This document shows, piece after piece, positions 25,698 to 39,088 of a stretch of 64,000 nt of DNA. The DNA is from Octopus sinensis (taxonomy: Eukaryota): contig NC_043014.1 of NCBI RefSeq assembly GCF_006345805.1, positions 44,888,001-44,952,000 on the forward strand, given 5' to 3'. A program made the position numbers and the translations under genes. Each line of letters starts with the position of its first letter. The first letter of the stretch is position 1. A model generated the notes under the pieces. That model made no database searches and was not told the DNA's origin. It was given only the letters and a program-made list of their open reading frames with translations.

Positions 25698-27399
25698 CAA
25701 CAGCATCTACCAAGTTCTCCAACAGCTCACCAAATAGTCTTCTTTTCATTATGTTTAATGTGACATTCACAATAACTGAATAACTGACCTTCCCTCACAT
25801 ACACTTTTCAGTAGCTATGTAGGTCTATGCATGTGTATAGTGTGAGTGTGTTTATACAAAGTATGTGTGTGTGTGTGTAATAAGTTGTATGTGTATATGT
25901 GTGCACATGTGGTGTATTGTTTGTGTGAGTGTGAGTGTAAATTAATACTTCGAGATTAAAACCAAAATCTTATGTTCCAACCTAGAATCTCTGATGCTAA
26001 GCCTCAAATAGGATTTGTTGCTGACATGTCTGCTGTTCTATCCAATGTGCCACTCCAACTAAATAACAACAACAAAGGTATTTACATCTGATATTATACA
26101 GGAAATGTCTTTGTCTGTAAAATTATTCAAAAAAAAAAAGAAAAAAATTAAGAAAAACAATAAATTCTTTTAGTCTACTTTCTTCACCCATGTGTTCCTT
26201 AAACAGTTGAAAAATAAGTTAACTTGCTTCAGTTTCTTTTGTTTTTTTTTTTCAACAAATTTCCAGCATTCCAAAGCTATGTGTTTAATTGGCGTGATTA
26301 CCAATTCTATTAGTATTTTGTTTCAGCACATAAAAGGTTACTATAGGAAGATTGATGATGAAAATAACAATAAATTCCTTTCCATCAAAGTAGACCTTTT
26401 ATAATTTGGAACACTTCCTCATTTTGGGAGGTTTAAAAAAAAAAAAAAAAAACCCAGCAAAAAGACAAACAAAAAAAAAATCTTAGAATGTCAACATTCC
26501 AGTTGTGTCCTCAATATTTGAAAACATTCTTGGCATCTACAATCAGAACTATTTGATATGTAAGAAATTTGACACTGGACTATGTTTTAATTCACCGGGA
26601 GGCTTCTAATCAGAAAACTACAATTGTTTTGAGTTCCAGTATTCCTGTTCAAGTATGTATCAATGCAGCAGTTGGCTGAAAGGGAATAATCCAAGACACT
26701 ATCAAATAGCAAGTTCAAAGGGGATGTGGAAGCCTCGAAACTAATGGGAATTAAATATTAATGAACAAGAGCGACCAAGTTAACTACGTGGAACTACGTG
26801 AATAACCAATGCGTGTCCAACATCCAACCAGATATTTTCAGTGCCTCAGCAACTTCCTCTGTCTTCATATCGTTACTAGTCCTTTCTACTGTTAGGCGGC
26901 AGTCAAGCTCAACAGCATGATTGAATAATTAAGAAATTCATTCACAGTCATGATGTTGTTTCAGGCATAGATTTGTAAGAAGTTCACTTGGCAACCGCAT
27001 AGTTTCAGATCCAGTCCAAGTACCTGGCACCTTGGGCAAGCGTTTTCTAGTATAGCCCTGGGCCAATCAATGCTTTGTAAGTGAATTTGGTAAATAGAAA
27101 CTGCATTATGGAAGCCCATCACACACACACACAAGATTTAAAAAAGGGCATTTAAATCCTATGTATACCAAATGATGTTTATCTCTCACTAGACGGAATA
27201 CATATTTTGCTAATCCTACCAATAACAGAGCAGTACAATATATTATCAGTCAATTGTCCGTAAGTCAGAAAAAAAGCACACTCAAAAAGAGAACATGCGC
27301 GGTTATACTTCTCTATTGTTGAATAGTATATTCCTATTATGACATATAACGAGTTAGAAAGTTACCATCGGTTTCATGCCCACTAGTGCACTTGCCAAC

Positions 27400-27490
27400 A
27401 TCCATCCGTCCGTCCGTCCATCCATCCATCCATCCATCCATCCACCCATCCATCCATCCATCCATCCATCCATCCAGCCAGCCAGCCAGC
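27400..27490. repeat. (ATCC)n/(GCCA)n tetranucleotide repeat
   Basis: Directly visible. Confidence 0.9.
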
Positions 27491-27736
27491 CTTCGCGAAA
27501 ACCAATTGGTTCGTTTTGTTCTCTTACTTTAGTATTATTTTCATCTTATAATCATCTCATAATAATGACCTTTATGACTCGTATTACTACCTCAGTCAAT
27601 CTAAAAGTATATATTTGTCACTACCTGTCATGAATAGCCTTTTTCTATTTGCAATATGCATTTTCGTTGATTTTTCACATTTTACCCTTACATTTCCACG
27701 TGTATTGTATATTTTCTTTTTGTAACATATTTCTAC

Positions 27737-27740
<4 letters not shown>

Positions 27741-27804
<64 letters not shown>

Positions 27805-27825
27805 GTGTGTGTGTGTGTGTGTGTG

Positions 27826-27869
<44 letters not shown>

Positions 27870-27885
27870 ATATATAATGTGTGTG
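27741..27885. repeat. (GT)n joined to (TA)n microsatellite
   Basis: Directly visible. Confidence 0.95.
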
Positions 27886-28944
27886 TGCACTTGCGCATCT
27901 TTGTCATTGTTTGCCACCACCATTACTACCATTTGACAACTGGTATAGATTAGTTTACATCCCCATAACTTAGCAGTTTGGAAAAAGAGAGTGATAAAAA
28001 GATGTATGAGACTTAAAAATAAAAATATAAAAAAGCATAAGTACCAGGGTCAATTTGTTTGATTAAAACCTTTCAAAGTGATGCTCCAGCATGGCCGCAG
28101 TTCATGACAGAAACAAGTAAACAATAAAATATACCACTGTGTGGCATTTGGATTGTCTTCTAGCTACTGCTTTGGGTGGGTTGACCCAAGCTTTCTGAGC
28201 AAAATTGGGCAAGATGTATTAATTATTTAAAGAACCTGTGTCTCACTTGAGTTTACATGAGGATTACATTAAGAGTACCAGTTTCTGTGAAATATTCAGC
28301 CATTTTTGCTACAATCGAATGAGTAGATTGTACTATATATCGAACAACTAGTATACTCATTGCTTAGCTATATTTATGTATTGTTCCTGTTCATTTTGCA
28401 CGAAAACGTTAAAAGTTCTCAATACACTGTGTACTAGAAGTGTATAGAGTCTGATATATACTCTTCCTAATTAAAAACTTTTTTGTCTAAATTTGGAAAC
28501 AGAATACTGAATGCAATGTGCTACTACAATTTATATATCTGATTACACAAGTTTAACAAAAATTGTTAGTACTATATAAAGGATAGGTCCAAAATAAACC
28601 TCGATTTTCACAAAAAAATAGAAGCTGATCATACAAAACTATACTAGATGTATAAGGCAAAGCAAGTTTCAGAGTTGCATTTCTTTAGGTAGAACAGAAG
28701 TGAGGTATGGTTGGTGTTTATTAACAAGATGAAACCTTTGAGGAGCAGGCATTGCTGTAATCAAACAGTTCAGTAAGGCACCTTGGAAAAGTATCTTCTG
28801 CCATAGACTTGGGTTGGACAATACTTTACAAGTAGAATTGAGTAGATGAAATCTGTGGAAAACCTTGCTGTATATGTAAATATATTTCAGTGATTTATAT
28901 CAGCAAAAGAAGTGAAATGGCAGCAACATATGACAAATGAATGC

Positions 28945-29200
28945 CTTTAGAGGGACCTGCCAAAAATTAGCGAGAAGATCAGGTAAAGACAGCTGTGACT
29001 ATCTGGTCGCCGTGTGTGCCACCCTGAACTGGAAGTATCCAAATTACTTTTGTGGAATCCATTTTATGGTGATGCATGAAAAAGAAAACGTTGTCACACT
29101 TACATTGACAACTTGATGGCAGACACTGGCCTGAAATGTATCCAGGACCTCAAGGCAGTGATGGTGGAACAAGAAGTGTGGCGAGTAGACTTTGTTGCTG
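28945..29200 (+). mobile_element. Decayed RTE-type LINE ORF C-terminus
   Basis: RDLPKISEKIR*RQL*LSGRRVCHPELEVSKLLLWNP...TYIDNLMADTGL...EQEVWR, with in-frame stops. Confidence 0.65.
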
Positions 29201-30073
29201 CACACCAGGTTGGAACCTGGCCATTATGATAAAATAATTGGTGAGAAAACCTATAAACTGGTATTTTTTAATGAGAATCTCTTGTAATATCGCTCTGCAA
29301 AGTTGCACAGATAATCCCTTGTCACATCTCCTTGCCATCATAGATACAATGACTCAGTGACTGGCCGCCCACTGGAAACCTGTAACCAATTATGCTTTTT
29401 TTTTTTACAAAGTATGATATAAAATAAATGAAATCAAATAATGGAAGATTTGAGTTAAAAACTGTATCCTCTACATCTATATTAATTTCTAGCTAATAAT
29501 AAATGCAAAAAGAACTGGACTGTAGCATTACTATATGAATAAATAAAAGGACTGGCAAGTTTCCGTGCTTTTTTTTTTCATTGTATATTTATAGATCTAA
29601 ATGAATATATAAAAAAAATAATAATGTCTAAGATGGAAATCAAAACTCTCAATAGGAGGAAATTTGTAAAACAACCAAAACTATCAAAAGTAAACATAAT
29701 AAACTAAAAGCTAGATGGAACATATTCAGTACAGAATTTGACTACCAAACTACCAACTTTAGTGGCCACTGGTAGGAAAACTTGATACACAAAAGCAGAA
29801 CACTAATATAAGCTTTGAAAAACTGAAAGACAAATAAATATTGTAAGATAGAAGCTTTGCAACCACAATGCTGGACAATGCTCATACTGACAGCACCATA
29901 AAAAAAAAAAGCAGATTCGTTGAACCCTATCTTTGGTTATGAAGAATAGCGAAATAACTGAAGAGTAAACTTTATGTACCACTAGAATGAAATAAAAACA
30001 AAAATTTGCAACAGAAAGATAAAGCTAAAACATAATGATGGAGACTCAGAGAAATGAAAAGACACTAACCCAC

Positions 30074-30092
30074 CTGCCCTTCATGATGTGGC
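30074..30092 (-). CDS. Candidate 19-nt microexon (PHHEGQ if entered in phase 2; ATS* if entered in phase 0)
   Basis: Very strong acceptor atttctctcttctcctttttttctgcag| and donor CAG|gtgggt. Confidence 0.45.
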
Positions 30093-30196
30093 CTGCAGAA
30101 AAAAAGGAGAAGAGAGAAATCTAGAAATCTGTTACAAGTTGAAACTGAGCGGTAGTTGAATGTCAGTAAAACTAAGAAATGTAAAACCAACTGTAT

Positions 30197-30214
30197 TGTG
30201 TGTGTGTGTGCGTG

Positions 30215-30249
<35 letters not shown>

Positions 30250-30491
30250 GTGTATTTGTATGTGTGTGTGTGTGTGTTTGTGTTTGTATGTGTGCATGTG
30301 AGTGTTTGTGTGTGTGTGTGTTTGTGTATGCTTGAGTGTGTGTGTGCGAGTGTGTGTTTGTGTGTGTGTGCGTGTGTGTGTGTGTGTGTGTGTTTGAGTG
30401 TGTGTGTGCGAGTGTGTGTTTGTGTGTGTGCGTGTGTGTGTGCGTGTGTGTTTGTGTATGTGTGTGTGTTTGTGTGTGCCTCTGTGTGTGC

Positions 30492-30522
<31 letters not shown>

Positions 30523-30582
30523 CATGTGTGTGTGTGTGTTTGTGTGTGCATGTGTGTGTGTGTGTGTGTGGTGTGTGTGTGT
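30197..30582. repeat. Compound (GT)n/(CA)n microsatellite of about 385 bp
   Basis: Directly visible. Confidence 0.95.
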
Positions 30583-31478
30583 TATGGCAGTGTGAGAAGA
30601 AAAGAAACTCGAGAAATGTTGAAATAACACAGCAAAGTTTAACAAACAATGCTTTTAAAATTGATCTGAGTTTCGAAAGTAAAAGTTTATCAGAGATACT
30701 TTACAGAGCTAGAATTATACTGACATTCAACATAATGACCATTTGTTCTTGTCCAACGTTCTTTTGAAAAATAATTCATACAAGAGAATTTTGAGAAAAA
30801 ACAGTCTTATATTTCTGAAAGTTTGAATTTAAAACATTCCACATGAAATATCAAACTAAAATGCCTAAATATAGGAAAATCTCAGAGTTTATCTCAAATA
30901 CCAATATGAGAGTGTATTTGATTTTTGTGATAATTTTTTTTAAGAAAAAGGGGGAAAAAAATACAAAAAGCTGTAACAGACTAAAATAAATTTCAATAGC
31001 AAACATTGGTAATTGGTTAGAGGAAAGTTCAAAAGAATTATTACAAAATTGAGTGGCGGATGGCTTCCGAGGCTTCTTTGATTGATATGAGAGCTAGTGT
31101 TTAGTACTAGCGAATGAAAATAAATGAAAATAAAGGATATGAAACATAATTAGGTGAATTGATAAATACGACTTTTAAAGACAGAATTAAACTGAGGACC
31201 TGAACAACAGAAAGAGATGTTGCTTTAACAAGTGATTTAATTTAAGCTTCAGAAAAACTTAAAATATGGTATGAGTTTGATTTTATTCTTCATGTCAGTA
31301 TACTGTCATACTTTATACAAAATTCTAATTTGAGAGAAAACGGCCTTTTAAAAATTTTTTTTTTTTTTTTTTTTTTTTGTCATGTCCATTCAGCAGAAAA
31401 CAGAAATGGAGGAGGAGATAAAATGAAAGTGATGTCTATTTGGAGAATTAACATTGGTTTCAAAGACTGAATAAAACT

Positions 31479-31509
<31 letters not shown>

Positions 31510-32165
31510 ATAGAAATCACAAGCACTTAGAAACTAAGACTTTGTTACTATCCGTGACACACAAGTCTTAAAATAATAAAATACTTTAAGACTAAATTTC
31601 ATAACGAAACGGATATTAACATATACTACATTAAAACTACAAAATTTTCAACACCCATCCAAAGCTTGTACAGTTTTTATATATATGTGGCAGTAAATAA
31701 TTATCAAACAGAATAGAGAAATATCATGAAATTCACATTTTTAATAAGATCTAGGTTTATTTAGAAAACATGAAATAATAATCACCCAATTAGATTACTA
31801 TACATACGTATACAATACACATACAAACATATGTATATACTTACATATGTATGTACTTACGTATGTATTAATGCATGTGGGGGTGAACAGAAGAATGAGT
31901 ACTTAATACCAAGGAAGCAGAGTATAGATCATGTAAATTACAGATAGAATGACATGCCAATACTCTGAATTTCTTCTTATTTCACTGAGTTTACCAGGAT
32001 TTGTTCAATCAGCAAAAGATCTGATCGTGAGCCAAGATATGGTTGTATACCAAAATAGCTGCTGAAAACATAAATTTCATGTAGGATTGGATGTTAAATT
32101 TCAGTTTCATTTCTATTCAAAAAATATATAAATAAATATCCCATTCAAAGTACCTAGGATTTCAG

Positions 32166-32638
32166 AACAACCCGCTGTGCTTGAGGAGACCTATTGAGTC
32201 AAGTACATGAACATCGAAATAAATATCAATGGAAATAGTAGTTGTGATACCTGTGCCGGTAGCACGTAAAAAGCACCATCCGAGCATGACCGATGCCAGT
32301 GCCGCCTCGACTGGCTTCTGTGCCAGTGGCACGTAAAAAGCACCATCCGAGCATGACCGATGCCAGCGCTGCCTTGACTGGCTTCCGTGCTGGTGGCACG
32401 TTAAAAGCACCAACCGATTGTGGCTGCTGCCAGACTCCCCTGGCACCTGTGCCGGTGGCACATAAAAAGCACCCACTACACTCGCAGAGTGGTTGGCGTT
32501 AGGAAGGGCATCCAGCTGTAGAAACACTGCCAGATCAGACTGGAGCCTGGTGCAGCCTCCTGGCTTCCCAGACCCCGGTCGAACCGTCCAATCCATGCTA
32601 GCGCGGAAAACGGACGTTAAACGATGATGATGATGATA
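32166..32638 (+). mobile_element. Family D retroposon (RTE-like 3' end, (GAT)n tail) with internal repeats of about 65 bp
   Basis: Ends ggaaaacggacgttaaac(gat)n. Related copies at 280-445, 11960-12150, 17640-17876 and 36287-36739. Confidence 0.8.
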
Positions 32639-33443
32639 TATATAAATAACAAGGGTAATGAAATGCATTAATTTAGGGAAACAAATCTCGAAGTTTTGGT
32701 AAAATCTTTTTTTTTTTTCTGGTTATTTCTCCTTCGCTGAACTGCAAGCAACATTAAAGGCAACATTAGAATCAAATACACAATTGATAATTACAAACGA
32801 GCACAAACATACAATAACTGCAGAGAAGTGCATTTGCAATAAAAAGCTGCATAATAATACAACTGCAATGTGACATTATCATAACATCCCACGAGTTGTA
32901 CTCAATTTGTTTTTGTGCATTTTGACAATTTGGAATCAAGTATAATGTGACAAAACGTATAATGTAACCACAGTGTGGCACTTTGGTATCTTAATGTATA
33001 TTGTAGTATTGTGAATGACATTTAGCTCTTGGCATTCAGCCATTGGCAATCATGGATAACGCACCATGGTTCCCTGATGTTTTAATAATTGGTGCATATC
33101 TGTGTGCACTTGTACTTCATATTCATTGTTCAACAGTTTATGATTTATATGCAATAGTTTGCTTGTTCATCATCATCATCATTGTCGTCGTCATCATCAT
33201 CATCTTTATCATCAAAAAGATGTCATCATAATCATCATCATTGTTGTCATCATCGTCACAGTTGTCATCACCATTGTTATCTTTGGGTCTGGCGGAATTT
33301 GTTGAGGCAGATTTTCTATGGCCAGATGCCATTCCTGTCAGCAACTTACCTATATAGGTAGACAGGTTTTTCATGGAAGACTGGAAACAAACAACTTTGC
33401 CTGTATGATGATGATGCTCTACAACCATCATGTGTAATTATAG

Positions 33444-33477
<34 letters not shown>

Positions 33478-33695
33478 ATGTATTTTTTTTTTTTGTAAAC
33501 ACCAACTATAAAAACTATGATTTTAATGTTGCATTTAATGATACCTGAAATTTAGCTGAGAGGAAATAAGAAAAATTACTTTTAATAAGCATTTTCAACT
33601 TGGTTTTTGAATAGAAATGAGATTGAAATTAAATATCCTGTCCCACATGAGATTAGAGTTTTCAGCAGGAATTTTGGCATACAGCTGTAGCTTAC

Positions 33696-33745
33696 ATACA
33701 GCCAGATCTTTTGCTATCTAAGTGAATGATGGAAGATCCATTCTG
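33696..33745 (-). CDS. Candidate exon (QNGSSIIHLDSKRSGC+2 nt), phase 0 to 2
   Basis: Acceptor ttttggtttcttgttag|CAG (NAGNAG); donor |gtaagc; 50-nt open frame. Complements the 19-nt microexon. Confidence 0.33.
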
Positions 33746-33887
33746 CTAACAAGAAACCAAAAGTATTAACATGGCATCCTGCAAGTAATTTACATAATAA
33801 ATGGTATATACATATAAAAAAAACATTATTATATGAATATATATCTACATTTATGCATACATATCTATCTATATTTATATATATATA

Positions 33888-33933
<46 letters not shown>

Positions 33934-36286
33934 AATAATATCATGCATCCATTTCCAAGTAAGTTTATACATATATATATGTAAACAGACAAACACACAT
34001 GAATATACATATTTATTCACTTACGTACATGCATACATATATACACACATACATGCATACATATAATATATGCATAAATGTCTGAGATGAATTGTTGATA
34101 AGATTATAATTTTGGGGATTATTATCCTATCTTTAGAAATTAAATTGTTTTTCAATATTTGCATCTATGGTATGTTTTGATCAAACGTTTGTGGTATCAG
34201 ACTGGATTACAACTAGTCACATTTATTTCTAGACATTAAAAACTGACAACATTTCTATTCACTAGGCCATTGAAAGATCAAATTGATTGTAACGCAGCTT
34301 AGAAGCTTAGAAGTGAATATTGGAAAAGGTTTCGTATCTAAAACTGAATAGTCCGAAAAACGATAATTTTTATACATACACACACGACTCACATTAATAT
34401 CTCATGAGAAACATTTCAAAGATTCTGGGGGAAATGTTAGGTTATTATGTTGCAGAGAGGAATAAAAAAATTCACAAAATGCTAATGTAAAAGTCGGAAG
34501 ACCTGATTGAGATGGATACAGCTTGAAGGGAGCCCTCACTGAGAAAGGAAATGGTATATACATTCTAATCAGAACACTGAACATGCACCTGATAAAGTGA
34601 TTTAAACATTTGGAAAACCAATAATAAACAATCCCAAACTAAAAATGCCTGATAGGATGTGCCAACCTGTTTAACTATTGAAGATTTCCTGAATGTAAAA
34701 ACAACAAATCTTTAATAGACTATTGCAAAATAAATGTGAAACAGCGCATTGCGATTCTCTCTGTTTGGATTCCATCTGTGAGATAGGTAGGAAGTATTTA
34801 TATAACTTGGAAATGTTGGGGGGGGGGGAGAAAAAAAAAACTAAGTAGCTGGAATGGGTATAAGAGGTTAATGTTAATGCCTACCTAGCCCTTGGCTTTA
34901 AAGGGATTCAAACACTATTTGATTTATATCATTATCATCATCACCACCACAATCATCATCACCACCACAATTATCATCCTCATCACTATCTTCATCTCAA
35001 TCATCAACTTCTTCCCCATCAAAAGCTATTTTAATGCCTATTTACTATTTTTATGCAGACATGGGTTGGATAGATATTTTATTTTAAAGGATTTTTCACT
35101 GCTTTATGTACTTTTGAACACCAAATTCCAACAAAAGTGAGTGTATAAGTATAATTAGGATGTTGCCAACATTAGAGATGTTATCTTCCACAAGTAAAAC
35201 ATTCCTTCCTGCCTCTGAGGTAAAACTGCAAACCATGATAACCATGTTTTCGTAAAGGTTGTTGGTAATGTGAATGAAATAATGCACCTGGTAACAGATC
35301 ATGAACTTTGTTGACTAAGAAGCTATGGCTGTATCAAAACATCCACTACCACTGTTACCACTATAGTTTGTAGTAATTAAAACCAAGTATATATAGACTT
35401 GTGTGTGAGTGTGTTCGCTTTTCATGCAAAAATGGTTACATGAATTGCTTCCGTACTTGGGATGCATGAATTAATTTAACCTTGGATACATAATAGGGTC
35501 ATCAGTTTATTTTTTTTATCAAAAATAAATAATATTGTTTTATATTTATGATTCACTTCTTTAAAAAGGTTTCTCAATGTCAACTTCCGGTATTGACATA
35601 GCAACAGCGAAATTTTCCACTTTAATTTGAGAAATTTCCCCACTCTCTATTTTAATGTTTTCATTTCAAGTTTTAATTTGCTATTTGTAAACAACTAGGA
35701 TAAATTAGTGAAAGAAATATTTACTAAGTTCACAAATTTAAATATTCAGTACAATAATGGCATTGTGAGAAAGTGAAAGAAATAATAATATGTGAAATTA
35801 TGGCTTCACTGTGAATGGACAATGTACAAAGACTAGACAATAGGCTAACACTCAATAACAACAACTTAAGCAGATATGAGCAAAAACTACAGAAAAATGT
35901 GACAATATTTGTATCAAAATGGATGCTGAAAAACAGCTGAATTTTATTCATTAAAAAAACAGAAAAACTAAATGGTATAACACTTTGAATGTAATGTTAT
36001 TTTTAGATTTTTATGAATTATTAATAATATATTCTGAAGTAAATTGGGATTGGTGTATTAAAAGGTGAATAAAACTAATATTGGCTTCAAAGTTTGGCCA
36101 ACAAATTTTGGGGAGGAGGTAAGTTGATTACATCGACCCCAGTGCTTGACTGGTACTTATTTTATTGACCCTGAAAGGATGAAAGGCAAAGTCAACCTCA
36201 GTGGTATTTGAATTAAGGACATAAAGACAGGCGAATTGCTGCTAAGCATTTCGTCTGGCACAGTAATGCTTCTGCTAGCTGACTCG

Positions 36287-36739
36287 AAGACCTGTTGAGG
36301 CAAGTGAGAATCGAAATCGATCAACATCAATGGAAATTGCAGCCTTGATACCAGTGCCGGTGGCATGTAGGAGAACCATCTGAACCTGGCCGTTGCCAGC
36401 GCCGCCCCGACTGGCCTCATGCCGGTGGCACGTAAAAAGCACCATCTGACCGTGGCCGTTGCCAGTTTCGTCTGGTCACCGTGCTGGTGGCACGTAAAAA
36501 GCACCATCCGATCATGGCCGTTTGCCAACCTCGTCTGGCACCTGTACCGGTGGCACGTAAAAAGCACCCACTACACTCACGGAGTGGTTGGCATTAGGAA
36601 AGGCATCCAGCCGTAGAAACATTGCCAGATCAGACTGGGCCTGGTGCAGCCTTCTGGCTTCCCAGACCCCAGTTGAACCGTCCAACCCATGCTAGCATGG
36701 AAAGCAGACGCTAAACGACGATGATGATGATGATGATGA
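36287..36739 (+). mobile_element. Family D retroposon
   Basis: As 32166-32638; three internal repeat units. Confidence 0.8.
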
Positions 36740-37050
36740 TATACAAGTTTTAAAACAATGAAATTACTTATCTTCCAAAAAGGTTTTGGAGATAGATTAA
36801 AGATTGACATGGGGTGGTGTTTTTCAACAAAAGCCATTTGATCCAAAGGTAAAAACACATTAATACAACAATACTACAATTTCATGGCAATTTTCTAGTG
36901 AAAATATACATACATGCATACACATATAATTACATATATATATCTGAAAGTAAATTATTAGATGCATACAGAAATACCAGAAGCAAACATGCAATAAGCT
37001 ACGGAGCACCACCAATGAGACAATATTGCAGAATAGTTCAAAATCAATAC

Positions 37051-37652
37051 CCTCTTCTTTGCTTCAACAACTTTTTTTTTCTTTCGCAATATATTGCCTC
37101 GGAAATTGGCCTGAATTTTCAAAGCAGCTGCAGCAACATCGGGGTCACCTAGATCAATGTCAACCTCTTCAGTTTCCCCTTGTGTCTGAGGCACTGGTTC
37201 AGCATTTTGTACTTTCTCAGTTTCCTTCTTGGAACTCGCATCCTCTTCTTCTACAACCTTTTCCTTCTTTTCAGCATTATCGTCAGTCTTTTCATTGCTC
37301 TCACTTTCTTTAGCTGGCTGTTCAGCTTGGTTTGGCAACATTTCAGTGGCTTTCATTTCTGTATATTCACCATCTTCAGCTTGAGCAGCTGGTGGTGGTG
37401 GTGGTGGAGTTTCAACTGCTTCTTGCTGTTCTTTGATACTTTCTTTTACATCAGTCTTTTCTTCAGTGTCAGCCGCAACTGAATGTTCTTCATCTCTTCA
37501 GTTTTCTTCTTCTTGTAGCCGCGAAAGCCAGATTGTATTTTGAGAGCAGCTGCTTCAACTTCAGGATCATTTAAGTCAATGTCAATTTCTTGTTCTTTTG
37601 AACTTTCCTCATTTGACACTTGAGTGACATTTGGGGAAACTGGTGAGGTATC
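37051..37652 (-). CDS. Internal exon with two acidic-IQ motifs (EIDIDLNDPEVEAAALKIQSGFRGYKKKK; EVDIDLGDPDVAAAALKIQANFRGNILRKKKK), with a 1-nt frameshift at about 37495
   Basis: Acceptor tactaaccttttag|GAT ACC at 37652; donor AAG AGG|gtattg at 37051. The first frame (37652-37497) encodes IQ2. The second frame (37494-37051) encodes an acidic linker and IQ3 and includes track ORF 36958-37356. Length 602 nt is one base short of a phase 0-0 exon. Confidence 0.85.
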
Positions 37653-39088
37653 CTAAAAGGTTAGTAGAGAATAAATATAATGTAAAAACAAGCAGTCTCA
37701 TAAGCATATGACAACCAAAAGTCTGTAATCTACATCATCAAAAATGTTATTAACTCAACAGCGATTAGTACAAATGCAATGAAATAACAGTTTGTAAATC
37801 CAAAACTCAGAATTCAACAAAGGGAAAAATTAACATTTTAAGAAATCAACAATCATCCTATATGTTTATCTTAGAGAGATAAACATACAAATTCTTAACG
37901 GATGAATACATAAAATGTGTGGTTTTGAAACATCATTGAAGGACCAGTAATCACCAAGTATCTGTTGCTTTGAAAATTGCAAGATATTATAAGATTATTT
38001 GAGGATTAAGTCAAAGAACTGTTACTCAAATAAACTTCCGAGAAATAATTAGCAAAGAGTGTTTTAAGAATTCCACAAAAAAAAAAGTAATAATTTCAAG
38101 ACTTGGGAGAACTTTAGTTCATGCCAGCATGCACAATGAAGGAATTGTCAAATTAATTAGCTTCGTTTCTGATACTTTAGTCTATAATGATAACAACATA
38201 ATCATTATCAAGACAACTTTCCTGCATGCAAAGGCTGATAATTAAGTTTTATCCACTTAGTCTTAATAGTTGTTAAAACCTAATCTTAACATACTACTAT
38301 CAGAAAAAACAAAATGTATAAATAAACGTGATATTCTTGAAATAAAATAACACATTTTTAGAATCCTAAAAAGCAGCTGAAAGATCTGTACTTAATGGGG
38401 GATTTTGAAGAACTTTTAAATCTGTTTAAAGAATTGGTGTTCTTTGTGCAACAGTACAGTTGCTGACTCTGGGAAAATGGTAGATGAGAAAGAAGATGAT
38501 ATTTAGCAACAACTGCTAATTTTCTTTCTTAACATTCTAGAAAATTTATAGTGAAAAGAGGTGTTGGTTTAATTGTTGAAGTCTTAGACTGCTGACTTGA
38601 TAGACCAAGAGATCAAATTATGCTATAAATACATCACTCTCCCTGTATCACTTCAAAGAGAAGCACTGTTCATCGTGTTTTATCCTTTCATAGGCTAAAA
38701 AAGAGGGATAACTAAATAAGTAGAGTTAATTTTTGACTTGAATTACTGTAGCTAAAGATGGTAGGAGGGAGACGGGAATCTTGTCGAGGAAAGAGTGTGT
38801 TGAAATGGATTGGATAAAATGTTTGGTGCAAAATCATTGAGATTGAGTCTGAGAGGACAGGAGACAGGTGCATCAAATTAGGTCTAAGGGGAGATGATAT
38901 TAGCGATCACAGAACAATAAAAGTCAATGTAGTGGTGGTAGAAAAGAGTACAAGAAAGGATACAGCTTGAAAGAAGATCTTTCCTTACATCAAGTAAGGG
39001 CGACTTAGTTTTCCTTAAGATAAATACTTCCTAAAATGTGTCAGTATGGAGCTCAATCAACCTAGATATGTGAACAATATTTAGTGTC

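Noticed and set aside
26780-26900. Minus frame MKTEEVAEALKISG resembling an IQ lead-in
   Set aside because: No FRG core, no splice sites, and it looks like a decayed interspersed repeat.
30065-30767. Several 140-190 aa HT/CV-rich ORFs
   Set aside because: Translations of the (CA)/(GT) microsatellite. The same applies to the YI-, I/L-, N- and RE-rich ORFs elsewhere.
31995-32061. 67-nt phase 2 to 0 exon-like frame (SYFGIQPYLGSRSDLLLIEQIL)
   Set aside because: Moderate splice sites only and composition unlike the protein; could be a chance match. It would be mutually exclusive with the microexon if real.
32245-32470. Regularly spaced 62-67 bp repeats superficially like a CRISPR array
   Set aside because: Whole units are homologous with no unique spacers, they lie inside a eukaryotic retroposon, and there are no cas genes.
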